Shown here one piece after another: positions 13,780-26,649 of a DNA stretch of 64,000 nt. A model generated the notes under the pieces. The model was not told where the DNA came from, made no database searches, and saw only the letters and a list, made by a program, of their open reading frames with translations. The stretch spans positions 51,844,662-51,908,661 of the forward strand of contig NC_068981.1 in NCBI RefSeq assembly GCF_001194135.2, given 5' to 3'. Source of the DNA: Octopus bimaculoides (taxonomy: Eukaryota). Each line of letters opens with the position of its first letter. The stretch's first letter is position 1. The position numbers and the translations under genes were made by a program.

Positions 13780-13810
13780 CGAGGGGGTGCTGAAAAATTC
13801 TTGGTTTTAG
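13780..13810. mobile_element. Solitary mariner-type TIR
   Basis: TA followed by cgagggggtgctgaaaaattcttggtttt, matching the TIRs of the MITE at 28483. Confidence 0.55.
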
Positions 13811-13867
13811 TTAAAAGAAAAAACAGGAAGAAAAGTAAAAAAATTAGCAGAGGAGTGGTATTAGAAA

Positions 13868-13910
<43 letters not shown>

Positions 13911-14313
13911 CCATTGTTTAGTACAAGTCAATTGACCTTGTTTAAATCCCTACTTCCTCTCACTTCCTTATATTTTCTTTTTTTACCTTCTTCTAATACT
14001 TATTTCTCTCTCNNNNNNNNNNNNNNNNNNNNNNNNNNNNNNNNNNNNNNNNNNNNNNNNNNNNNNNNNNNNNNNNNNNNNNNNNNNNNNNNNNNNNNNN
14101 NNNNNNNNNNNNNNNNNNNNNNNNNNNNNNNNNNNNNNNNNNNNNNNNNNNNNNNNNNNNNNNNNNNNNNNNNNNNNNNNNNNNNNNNNNNNNNNNNNNN
14201 NNNNNNNNNNNNNNNNNNNNNNNNNNNNNNNNNNNNNNNNNNNNNNNNNNNNNNNNNNNNNNNNNNNNNNNAACATGTGTAGCCCGGATCTTTCCAACTC
14301 CATTTCGTAACTC

Positions 14314-14370
<57 letters not shown>

Positions 14371-14420
14371 TGTCTGTCTGTCTGTCTGTGTGTCTGTCTG
14401 TCTGTGTGTGTGTGTCTGTG
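14314..14420. repeat. (TG)n/(TCTG)n microsatellite
   Basis: Directly visible, just after the 14013-14271 gap. Confidence 0.95.
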
Positions 14421-16102
14421 TGTAATACTGACGTTTCATTGATCTTCATCTTCTTGCCCTTTGACCTTGTGATTAATGTTGTAATTAGTTTAAGGAGTAC
14501 TGGTAGACTAAATATAGCAGTTTTTAGACATTAATATTATCACACTCCAATGTTGCGTAACAGGGACTAAGAACAATTTAATTATGTAGTCCATTGTACT
14601 AAAGTAGTGAGGAGTAATAGTGTAACACTTGAAAATGGCACAGTAATAGATTTTGGTTTCGGGATGGCAACTGTTTTCATATTTTAATATTCCATATTAG
14701 AAAATTCTCATCTGTCATTATTTCTCTGACTCTACGTCAACGAAAAATAGATTTAGTAATTTTACTTGGTGACTATCAGCAAATCGTCTTACAAGTTACA
14801 GTGGCGGTATATGTCGACTGATGAGACTACAATGGAAGATGAAACGCATCCGGAGTACTCACCCGTAAATATACTAGCCGATGAAAAAGATACATTTATC
14901 ATGAATTAATACTATTACTGTTTCTACCAGATTTTTTAATATGTTAGCTCTTGAATTTTCTCGTCATCAAATGTTTTCATCAAGATAACTTTCCATATAG
15001 GCTCCTTTGTTACTTCCTTTGTAAGAGGCTAGTCCTTCCGACAGGCAATGCGTAGTATTAGTATTAGTTTGCTGCAGATACTATCATTATAGTTTCTGCA
15101 ACCGTTATGATTCTTGATAGTTATCGTTCTTGAACAGTGTTTTCAGGTTGTTACTGTTCTTGTAAAGATTAATGGTATATTTTGGTGGAATAGTTTGAGA
15201 TACGCTGCAAAATGTTGTGTAATCCTATATAATGTAGTATACTAGTAGTTTAGAGCAATTTTGTTTGGTTTCTGTCATTTGTAAGAGTGCAGATATAAAC
15301 GTTCACAGGGATAAGTGCTTTCTATGATAGCCTTGTGTTGACCAATACTTAAATAAAGAAAATTTGATAAAAGGGAAGTATTTAAGTGTGTGTGAGTGTG
15401 TGTGTGTGGGGGGTTGTGTATGTAAACATATATATGTGTACGTGTATGTATTCATACATAATTATATACAGAAACATGTCTGCATATACTTTTGTCTGTC
15501 ATATAGTTGCAGTGTGGCCTACTGGTTATGTTGCTTGCTTCGTAATCGTGTGGCACTTGTTTCCATTCTTTTCTGTAGTTTCTTGGACAAATATCCTTTA
15601 TCATAGCCTCGTCTCCAGCCAAGGCTTGTAAGAAAAACTAGGTAGATGAGAGTTGTCCCTCTTTTCCTGTTTTTGCATATATATATATGGAATACTCAAC
15701 CAGCTACAGGCTTATTCAATGAATAGGTAATTCAGTCAATAGAACCACTGATTAAAGATCGGCGAAACCGTCAGAGATCCATTTACTTAATTTGTGTGTG
15801 CATATAGGTTTGCACGCGCCCGTGTGTGTGTGCGCGCGCGCGTGTTTACTTGTATCTTTTATCTCTCAGTAATGTTTGCTGTTGCATGATGCAAACATCG
15901 GCAGGAAAATCGACAAACCAGGACTTTACTAACGAAATCCCTTGAAATAAATGTTCTGCATCAAACTGTCCATTTTTGCTCTTACCATCAGAAGAGCAAT
16001 GAACTAATGACTCCTCTGTTGGAAACTTGCAGCCAATGACACTGTTGTTCACCAATAGCGAATAAAAATAAAATTCAGTAGTTGCTGCCTTGGGGAACTC
16101 AC

Positions 16103-16251
16103 AATGGTAAAATCTGTTTCATCAGGGCCTTTCGATAACATCAGTAGTCGTTCCGGGTAAGCATCAGTTTCATATTTCATGAAAGTTAGCTCAGTCAGGA
16201 ACTTAGCCCAGCCAAAACTCAAATTTTCCTTTAAATTTTCCTTAAATTTTC
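16103..16251 (-). CDS. Candidate coding exon, unknown protein (KFKENLKENLSFGWAKFLTELTFMKYETDAYPERLLMLSKGPDETDFTI)
   Basis: cag| acceptor without a polypyrimidine tract, 49 open codons, ATT|GTGAGT donor; other two frames closed. Confidence 0.3.
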
Positions 16252-16867
16252 CTGTACGTTAATTTCTTGATATTATCTCCCCTTTTCTGGGAGAATCTCG
16301 AACAGTTACCGCTACATTTTAATTTCCTTTCTTCAACTAAGTAATTAAGAACTTGGAGGGGAGGTGTATGTCATTTTACACATAACCCCCTTAACTTTGT
16401 TACATTTATAATGTCTTACACATGAAAACATGCAGAATTGTAACAATCAATTTAAATACTGATGCATAGCTTCCTTCAATAACCATAACACATTGATAAT
16501 CGACATAAATAAAAACTGAGAATAATGTTAATAGGAAGTCGTCTTCTAGTGCTTTGCCAAAGACAAGTTGGTATATTTCCACTAATACTCGAAATTTAAA
16601 ACGTTCTTCAAATACCTAACTTCATGAAATCGAAAACATAGCAAAGCTGTGATAAAATATTATTCTTTTGTGTTGATAGTAATGTTGTTATCTTGCAACT
16701 CAATCTATAAACAAAGTTTTGAAAAAAAAACTTCACAACACAATGAACTTTATACGCTTCAACAATGTGGATATCGCAGAGTGTGTCTGTGTGTATTTAG
16801 GTGTGTATTATTTTTGAAGCGTATACGTTTATTGTGATGGAAAGTTTATAACCTCACTATTATACAA

Positions 16868-17035
16868 ATGTATATATATATATACATGTATGTATGTATG
16901 TATGTATGTATGTATGTATGTATGTATATGTATATATATATATATACATATATATACATATCCATATATATATGCATATATATATACTCATACATATATG
17001 TATGTATGTTTGTATCTATGCATACATACACACAT
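16868..17035. repeat. (TATG)n/(AT)n microsatellite block
   Basis: Directly visible. Confidence 0.92.
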
Positions 17036-17452
17036 ACATTATTTGTATAAATATGACGAACGATCAAACGAAGAATTTACAATTGTTAAACATTGTTTAA
17101 TTTAATCTCTAAGAGAATCTTTTTTTAATAGTGGGGTTATAAACCTGAGGCATACCTAATTACACTTTGAAAGTCTAACATCAAAGCAATGGAAACAAAC
17201 AATGTGCATGTTCTTAATAAAACAGAAAAGAGTGATAGCGACTTTATTAACCATGACAGTAACATCAGCAATAACTGCAATAATATCAGTGGAGCAAACT
17301 GCAGTCGCAATTACATCAGCAGCAACAATTCCAATGTATATATTTCTCTGTTATATAGATTATAACTTTAAGATTGGAAGACTTTTATATGGACTTATTG
17401 GATATCTGATTCTCGTATGTATAAGCATACACACATATATACAGACATAAAT

Positions 17453-17558
<106 letters not shown>

Positions 17559-18192
17559 ACATACTTGTTATGCATTCGAGTGTTATACACTTGGTTATGG
17601 CAATAACCGGTCAAAAACTCACCATTGATTTCCGTCAATTATTGCACTGGGCAAAATAGACTATTCATTAGACATGCTGACCGGAAGCACATACTCTTTG
17701 TTACTGATGGAAGTAAATATACAGTCTTAGTCACTTTGATAGTAAAAGAAAATAATGAAAAATCCCTTACACAGAGGGAGAGTTGCTTCCCTCGGTACGA
17801 TTCCTTCTTTGGTTAGAATGGATCAGCTTTTCGAGATCCCTCGATTCTAACCTTTAAGACCCTCTTAGATTTTCATTTATAACATTTTCTGCAAATTCGT
17901 AGGATGTTATATATGCAGTTCTTGTGTTTTTCAAATACTCGTAGTAGATATATGGTGGAGTTTGATTTAACCTCTACATTGGACTGTGCTTTAGAATGGA
18001 TTTAGGTACTGTATCGTCAGTTGGGTTTGTCATTCATTTCCTCTGAATAAGTTACTACACCGTGACAACTCGGTTATCCACAATATTATAATCACTTGGC
18101 AATTCCTTTCTAGACTGGGTGGGTGTGAGTTTCGTGGTTTAATTAGAATCTAGTAGATATTAATGTCTTTTGATCTATTGATACCGTAACAC

Positions 18193-18302
18193 CTAACACT
18201 AAATGTTGCAGAAGTACATCAAGTATTGTCAGATTCTGAAGTATGAGATAGTCAGTCAAGAAGTCATGCATATTTTCAATACCATTAGAGAGCATGATTG
18301 TG
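18193..18302 (-). CDS. Candidate coding exon (TIMLSNGIENMHDFLTDYLILQNLTILDVLLQHLVL)
   Basis: ttttgtattgcaaag| acceptor, open frame, weak donor TTAG|GTGTTA; phase-compatible with 18536-18585 and 16103-16251. Confidence 0.25.
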
Positions 18303-18535
18303 CTTTGCAATACAAAATGTGACAAAAATATTAATGAGAAATACAATGTCTTCAATTTATAACTTTTCATTTTTGTAATATAAATCATGCAATACAAACA
18401 TTCAAATAACAGTAGTAGAAGGTTATGAAAGTTCCTTATGAGAGCCTATTATTTGATACTTCTCTTGTATGATATACAGGTAAAGAAATTAAACACCAGA
18501 TTATGACTGAAGATCAACCCAAGACTAAGACTTAC

Positions 18536-18585
18536 TAATACATTTTTATGAGTGTACAATAGGACATATGTGCTGTCCGCGTGTA
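18536..18585 (-). CDS. Candidate 50-nt coding exon (YTRTAHMSYCTLIKMY or HADSTYVLLYTHKNVL)
   Basis: atatatttcag| acceptor and TTA|GTAAGT donor; two frames open. Confidence 0.3.
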
Positions 18586-18716
18586 CTGAAATATATGTCT
18601 TTGAACTGCTAACGGATTTTGAACTATTAATAACTGCATGTAGATGTTCTTGACTCAACGAATCGGATTGATATTACGCAGATGTTTTCTCTTAATATTA
18701 TCAATATTATTACATA

Positions 18717-20070
18717 AGGCGGCGAGCTGGCAGAATCGTTAGCACTCAAAGGGAAATGCTTAGCGGTATTTCATGCGTCTTTACGTTCTGAGTTCAAATT
18801 CCGCCGAGGTCAACTTTGCCTTTCATCCTTTCGGAGTCAATAAAATAAATACCATTTGAGTACTGGGGTCGATGTAACTGACCTGCTCCCTCCCCAAAAT
18901 TGCTGGCCTTGTGCCAAAATTTGAAATCGATATTATTATTATTATTATTACATAAGGTGGCGAACGCGCTGGGTAAAATACTTGGCGGCATTTAATCCGT
19001 CTTTACGTTCTGAGTTCAAATTCTGCCGAGGTCAACTTTGCTTTTCATTCTCACGGTATCGAGAAAATACGTACCAGTTCAGCACAGGGGTCGATTTAAT
19101 TGACTAAGCCAATTCCCGGAACTTGCTGGCCTTCTATCAAAGTTTGAAACCAATTTTGTTTTTATTACAAAGGTGGCTAACTGGTAGAATCGTTCGCACC
19201 AAGAAAACTTCTTAGCGACATTTCTTCCGACTTTACGTTCTGAGTTCAAATACAACCGGAGTCAACTCTGCATCTCATCTTTTCGGAATTTTGATAAAAT
19301 AAATATCATTTGAACACTGGGATTGGTATAATCGACATAACCCCTCCTCGCAAAAATACTAACTTTGTGCCAGAATTTGAAAGCAATATTTTAAAAAAGG
19401 GTTCGAGCGGGCAGGATCTTTAGCACGCTGCACTAAATGCCTGGCGGCATTTCCTCCGTCTCCACGGTCTCGGTTCAAACACAGCTGGAGTCAAATTTAC
19501 CCTTCATTTTTTCAGAATTGATGGAATAAGTATCATTTGAACACTGTGATCGATATAATCGACTTAACCATTCCCCGCGAAATTACAAGTCTTGTACCAG
19601 AATGAATTTGAATGCCATATTTTAAAAAAGGAGGCGAGCTTATAGAATCGTTAGCACACTCGACTAAATGTCTAGCGGCATTTCATCCATTCTGAGTTCC
19701 AATTCCACCGAGGTCGTCATTGCCTTTCATCCTTTTTGGAGTTGATAAAATACGTAATAGTTGAGCACTGATGTCGATGCATTCCCTCCCCCGAAATTTC
19801 TGGCCTTGTGCCAAGATTTGAAATCTGTATTGTTGTTATTAAAAAGGCGGTGAGCTGGCAGAATCGTTAGCACACTGAGCAAAATGCTAGCGGTATTACG
19901 TCTGTCTTCATGTTCTGAGTTCAAGTTCCGCCGAGGTCGACTTTGCCCTTCTTCTTTTCGGGATGGATAAAATATGTACCAGTTAAATACTAGGGTCGAT
20001 GTAACTTACATGCCCCTCCCTTAAAACTGCTGGCTTTGTGCCTAAGTTTGAAACCAATATTATTATTACA
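18717..20070 (+). mobile_element. Head-to-tail array of six family A tRNA-derived SINEs
   Basis: Units start at ~18717, 18955, 19171, 19398, 19628 and 19845. Each has an agg(c/t)ggcgagctg head, a ttctgagttcaaa B-box-like motif, a gtc(g/a)actttgcctttcatcc core and an AT-rich tail. Confidence 0.92.
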
Positions 20071-20289
20071 CATTTCCTTTTAACAAACTCCTATTTTTAA
20101 GATAAATTTCCTTCTGGAGCACAGACAAATCTAATACTTATAACACTTATAGATTGATGATAAAAGAAGAAAATTGTCTTTCTTATATTGATTTGTACCT
20201 CAGATACAAATCTACAAGATATTGAAAGAGAAAGAGTGTAATCGCTTTGATAAACACTAGCACTTGAATGCTAGTTATTTTTACCACTC

Positions 20290-20400
20290 ATAGAAATATT
20301 AAATCAAATTGGACTTGGGTTGGATTTTAATTTAGACCGTAAAAGATGACAAATATGACACAGCATTTTGTCCCAGCGCTCTACTTATTCCGCCAGCCAC
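20290..20400 (-). mobile_element. Highly decayed family A SINE remnant
   Basis: gcattttgtcccagcgctct...ttccgccagc is the reverse complement of a degenerate head. Confidence 0.4.
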
Positions 20401-20621
20401 AATTCTGATTTCTGTTTCTGATATTAGAAATTTTTAATTTCGTAAATTAAACAACATATATTAGAAATTGTGAATTTAAAACTCTTTATTTCTCATTAAT
20501 ATGTTTTGCTGCAAACATTTTCTATTGTAAAATAATGTCATGAAGCAGTACTGTTTCGGTGATTAAAGTCGATGGGTTTATTTGTCTTCCTCTCCGAAGT
20601 TAACTATACTGCTCTTGGAAA

Positions 20622-20982
20622 AGACATGAATTAAGAAGCTTGCTTCCTAACCACATGGTTCTAGGTTCAGTCCCACTGTGTGACATCATGGACAAGTATC
20701 TTCTACTATAGTCTCGGACCGACCAAATCTTTGTGAGTGGATTTGGCAGACGGAAACTGACAGAAGCCCGTCGTATACATGTGTGTGTGTATGCGTGTGC
20801 GTGTGTGTGTGTGTGTGTTTGTCCCCCTGTCATCGTTTGACAACTGATGCTGGTGTGTTTATGTAACTTAGCGGTTCAACAAAAGAGAACCATAGAGTAA
20901 GTTTGTTTGACTAAAACCCTATAAGGCAGTACTCCAGCTTGACCGCAGTCAAATTACTGAAACAAGTAAAAGAATAAAAAAA
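20622..20982 (+). mobile_element. tRNA-derived SINE (family B, internal (TG)n)
   Basis: taagaagcttgcttcctaaccacatggttctaggttcagtcccactg...acggaaactgacagaagcccgtcg; (TG)n; gaccgcagtcaaattactgaaacaagtaaaagaataa tail. Second copy at 29095. Confidence 0.88.
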
Positions 20983-22059
20983 GAAAAAAAATCTTACAGA
21001 ATTTTATGCCTATTCACGAAAACCAACTTTTATTTATTATATATGTTAGAAGTACACTTATTAGTCACCGTGCCAACACAGTTCCACTGGTGGTAACCAA
21101 GCTCTGGACAAGTTGCCAATAAATTATAAGATTCTTTGGGGAAAAATAATAATTTTATTTTTCAATTCTTCTTTATCGATGCGATTAGTTTTGTTACTTT
21201 CAGTTAGTTCAGTTCAGGCAGATTAGAAACTTAAAAAGTATGTCAGTAATAACAACGTCGAAATAAATGTGAATAATACAGGTATCAACGGCGACAAGTA
21301 GATTGCTAATTTGAAATTCCAAACATAAGAAACCACATTATTCGCCACTTTATTCCTAGTTCACATCCAAACTGTTTCTGTTGGATACCTTGGTGTGGCT
21401 AGCATGCCATGTGTCTAAAATGGTGTGTCTTTTGTCAATTTGATTTTGTTATCAACCGTGCTTTCTCAAAGAAGTTATTCCTCAGAGTTGCGAGAGAGTA
21501 ATATATAAAAGACAAGAAACAGCCGTACAACTGTAACTTCAAGAATATTGCTGTTAAACCTATTTTAATCATTCTAATCATAACTAATGGATTCTTAAAT
21601 TCTCACATGAATGCGAATGTTACTTGCCATTATTCAAGGCTGAAATATATTTGTTTTACTGTTATAATTTGTCTTCCGGTTAATGCCATAGAACAATAAT
21701 TTAATTCAATAACCAAATTGCTTTACGCATTAAATTAGTCAGTTGTTCTCGCATTTGGTTTTATATTGCTGCATTCCTATATCATCCAAGCTACATCAAC
21801 GAGGGAAATCAGACATAAAAACGTGTATCACTAAGGTGTATTTCGAAAATCTAAGGAAGGAGATGAGAGGGAATAAGAAGACAAAGACTAAGAAGACAGA
21901 GACGAAGAAGAGCGAGGAGATAGAACAGGGGAAAACCAGTAGTTGAGATAGTGAAGACGGCTATGAAGGTGGAAGTTTTGTTGTGATGGTAGTGGACTTC
22001 TGCAATAATTAATCCGTTTAGTCTCTTGCGTTAGTACATCCGTTAAATTGTCTTTCCAG

Positions 22060-22160
22060 TATGGCGATTCTATGAAACAGAATTATCATTTCTTGGAAAT
22101 ATGCAGAGAAAATGGAAGAAACTACTTCCCTACATGAAAAATGATTCCAACAACAGAAAG
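22060..22160 (+). CDS. Candidate 101-nt coding exon, unknown protein (WRFYETELSFLGNMQRKWKKLLPYMKNDSNNRK)
   Basis: ttgtctttccag| acceptor, AAG|GTAAAT donor, 33 open codons of protein-like composition in non-repetitive context. Confidence 0.5.
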
Positions 22161-24857
22161 GTAAATTACATTCTAATTGCTAATTAAAATGCAGTTTTGA
22201 AAGAAACATATTTTATTTTCTCTAAAAATGACAAATTTCAAGATAATAATTAATTCTTACAATTTTTCTTCGTTATTATCGTTTTCACTTTATTTACATT
22301 TTGAATTTCAAAAGCATTTTAGCATTTCCTAATCGAATTCATGTTATATGCAATCTAAAACTGTCAAAGTTACACATGATTATCGTGTGACTGCGAAGTA
22401 TAGAGTGTAATTATTTGTCTAAAAGCTAAGCAAAGTTATATTTGATTGTTTAAGTCACAACAGACGAATTTATAAAATGTCAGGTACTCGGCAAATGTCC
22501 ACGCTGAGACACTAAATCTTATCATTGACCCTGATCAAGTCACTTAGATATTCTCATAAAGTTTCAATATTTCATTGCCTAAAGAGAGTGGCAGAGAGAA
22601 AGATGGAAGGAGGGAGAGAGAGAGAAAGAAGCAGAAAGAGAGAGAGAGAGGCAGAAGAAAAAGAGGGAGGCAGAAAGAAAGAGAGAGAGGCAAAAAGAAA
22701 GAGAGAGAAAGTGATGACTATGAGAAGTAAAGGGAGAGAAATATTATTTGAATGTCTTCTTCAGGAAATCAATAAAGCAGATTACGATTATGGAAATGGA
22801 AGTCGTTCGACTATCAGTGACGAATTAACAAGCGAGAATTTTTAAATATACAATAATGGAAAAATTTGTCAAACGATTCGAATAGGCAGAAAGGAACAGT
22901 TTGGAATATTAGCCTCAGAAACAATAATCGCGATCAGAAACAGCAACTAGTGACGTTTGCTCTATTGTCATAACATCGAACTTCTTGAGAAGTACGTTTT
23001 TTTTTCCAAATTTTATTTATTCGTTACCGATGATGCTGATTATCCATTCTCATGACATCGCTCATCACGCTGATGTAGGGTTTAGGGTATCCCCAAACGT
23101 GACCCCCTCGTAGATTGATACATCTAAATCTACATTGTCAATACCAATATTTAAGACAACGGGTTTTTTTTTTTTTTAGATGAAGGTGATTTAGCTGGTA
23201 TTTCTAGAATTTTATTCAATGGCTTGTTATATTTTATTAGCTTCCAAAATAAAAGAAAATAAATGAACTTAACGAATNNNNNNNNNNNNNNNNNNNNNNN
23301 NTATATATATATATATCTTCCTCGTTTGCTATCAGTATAAGTTTGTCAGCACAACAAATATACCCCGATTGCTTGAGTGACGAACATGAAAATCAATTAT
23401 ACTGTAAAAATGGAAAATTATAAACAAAACAAGCTTCAGGCTAAACTGTTAACCTATTTATTAATAATGGATAATATTAGAAATTAATTTCTCAATTTAC
23501 TATTTTGATTAAGCGCCAATATTCGCATATATCCCAAGGAACTGCTAAATAAATGATTTGTGTCAGATGATTGGGAAATAATAAAAGCTATAGGAAATTT
23601 CCTATCAATTAAATATTTTTAAATAAACGGTTTGAGGCCATTATGTGGAAGGTACAAACGAAATTGAATTATGCTTGGTATCACATAACGTATGACGAAA
23701 TATATATGTATACGTGCATGTGCGTGGATGCGCGTACAAGCGCGTGTATGCGAGTTTATGCGCCTATGTGCACATGCTTATGTGTGTGGGGGCGATTGTG
23801 TATTTGAAATATATTGTCTCGTTGTGAAATGAAATAGGGCAGATATACTCCAGATTCATATAATTTTTCTTCTCAAATGTCATAGTCGTCCTATTCCTTA
23901 CCAGTCACTGTTAGAGGTCACATAAAGTGCTCCCCTATCAGCTTCATCAACTGTTTCTCTTGCCGAGTAAATGAGGAGATAGAGCTACACTGTCAACTGA
24001 CCTGTTTCCTTCAGATTGCATCCCATCATCTTCAATAAGGAAATTTAGATAATATAGTCCTATAGACCACTGAAAAGTAGAATAAAGAATGGAGTTTTAT
24101 TGACCATAAGTCTCTTCAGGCTCCATCAGTTTTGACATGTGGTTAAGAAAAATAGCAAATCCTTGATATCTGCAGAAAGATTCAAAGACTATTCAAATCC
24201 GTAGCCTGATATTTGAAGACATCTGGCTCTATCACGGACCATTTCTTGATTTGTTGTGTAACCTCACTTTCTTGGAAATATAAAGAAATGCCTATCAATT
24301 TTACTCTTGAAATGAAAGCTTCTCCTTTCTTTTTGTCCTTGCTTTTTATCATCCTTTTCTCCTTCTTTTCTTTGTTATTTATAGGAACCTTGGTACGTGC
24401 AGGCCTGTGCACGGTCATGTGTCTGAGTTTCCTCTTCCTTGGAATAAGTAGATAGTTTTTTTCATCTGTTCAACCCCGTGACTCTTTCCTCTTAATTTTT
24501 TTCTTTCACCGTAATTTTCTCCTTCGACTTTTTTCCTCTTTCAAATTTTCCTAGTTTATTCTTTATGTTTATGCGTATAAATTTCACTATATATTCATAC
24601 AGCAGGATATATATGAGTGCGTGTGTGTATGTGTAGGGGAAAGTGCGTAATTGTGCATATATCTCTATATAAATGTATAGGTATGCGTGTATATAATTTA
24701 ATTCTTTGCTGTTATGCATAACATGCTCTTCCTTCATCCTCACTTCCTTTCTGTTGTTCGATTTTGTTGCCTTCTAATAGAATCCTTTCTGTTTAGCTAT
24801 CTTCCACTACACCTTTCATAACACTCCTAAACCCTATTTACAGTCATCCAATACACA

Positions 24858-24915
<58 letters not shown>

Positions 24916-24959
24916 AACACACACACNNNNNNNNNNNNNNNNNNNNNNNNNNNNNNNNN

Positions 24960-25012
<53 letters not shown>
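24858..25012. repeat. (CT)n(CA)n compound microsatellite with N gap
   Basis: Directly visible. Confidence 0.95.
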
Positions 25013-25014
<2 letters not shown>

Positions 25015-26523
25015 TCACTACTCTGACGAAACATCATAATTCTCTTCTTTTCACGGCACGCAAACTTATTCTATTTTGTGAACTTTATTGAACTAATTTA
25101 ACACTGTCAAACGTGATGCAGAGGAAAGCCGCTCACAGCTATAGAGAAAATGAGTATTAATTCACAGGGGTTTGCTAACTTGCATATTAATGTGAGTTTG
25201 ACAACCGTTACAGAATTATTAATACAACATCACAGAAAGAAAATGGAAAATTCTTGTACGTCGAAGTATAAATATATATTCCAAATCTATAACATCACAA
25301 TTTAGTTCATCAGGTGTGAATTAAGATGCATTCTTTTTATGGTTATGAGCTTTGTTACTTAGCAACGCGGCGACAAAGTCAAAAGACCTCTGTCGACAAC
25401 TTCACAGAATTCAAAATTACGCAGATAGTTCGATACGCATTCAATAATACCAAAAAGTTGTAATGTATTTCCTGAGCTCCAATTCAGAGAAACAGTTCAC
25501 TTATTTTAAACATAGAGTTGTACTTTACAATTACGATTTCATGTGTGTGTGTGTAATTCATACTAAAAGTGTTCACGAATACATTGAAATATAATTAGTC
25601 AACAGTACATACAGAAATTGGATTTTTGCGGTTGTTGCTGTAAAAAGAAATAACGATAGAAAACAAGTCGTGCATTTACGTATTTAATTATTATATGTTG
25701 GCACAGTGATATATTCATTCATTCACATATGGAAGTATGTGAAGTTTTTATTCTTCAGTTTCAAATATATAAAACAGACGTAAGCATGAAAGTCAGCCAT
25801 TGTTATTGAAGCCTTAGTACAAATAAAAACATTTTTTAATATATAAGGCGTAGAAATTGCATCGTGTATACTATTTTAACTGGTTGGTAGTCGGCAGTTT
25901 GTAATTCTTCAATAGAAATCGCTAAAATTATCTGCAAGAATTTATAAATATCGATCTTTTGTTCAAAATTGCAGAAGACTTTAATAGTGTGTTTATATTT
26001 TCTGAAAGTCAGAGATCACACTTTCAAGAACCATTAATGAAGGGGATTGCATTTTCTACAATGAACCAATACATTTTATCATTGTAAATATTATCATCCT
26101 TCAAAGTTTAAATACATGTTTGTACAGTGAGAGAGTGAAACGTCTTTCCGAGTGTCTTATCCTGTAACATTCAGCGATGAGTTTCGATTAGTTGCTTAGG
26201 TGTTGCATATTATTGTTGTTCTGTACGTGATGTATCCTATATTTCAAGCAATTATAAACATTTTATTACATGCCTTAATCCTCCATGATGTTTCATGATG
26301 TTTGAATATTCATTTAGATATTCACACTATTTTTTTATCATCATCATTTCATTGAGCAACAGAGCATGCTTGAAGTTCAGTTCAGACTTATCGATGAATA
26401 CGACGGCTATCTACTGCCTATTACATGAGAAATTTAAACATTAAGAAATAATTTGTTTCGACAACACAATTACAAAAACCCTTATGCACTTCTTATGCAT
26501 TATTTAGCATTTCGCGTTATAAG

Positions 26524-26561
26524 AACCAGACAGACAGACAGACAGACAAGACAAGACAGAC

Positions 26562-26638
<77 letters not shown>
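26524..26638. repeat. (AGAC)n/(AGAT)n tetranucleotide microsatellite
   Basis: Directly visible. Confidence 0.95.
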
Positions 26639-26649
26639 TGAAGGCCGTC

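Noticed and set aside
14818-14850. Second hammerhead-like string ctgatgag...gaaacg (also degenerate strings at ~48412-48440 and ~48700)
   Set aside because: Stem II and stem I do not pair and the conserved U16.1 is missing; at best decayed PLE-terminal remnants.
14863-14873. 11-nt minus-strand micro-exon before a GG|GTGAGT donor
   Set aside because: Too short to evaluate, lies in what may be decayed PLE sequence, and has no phase-compatible downstream partner.
18717-20070. CRISPR-like repeat/spacer array (also considered for 49254-49355)
   Set aside because: Eukaryotic context; units are whole diverged SINEs or contiguous tandem copies without unique spacers; no cas genes.
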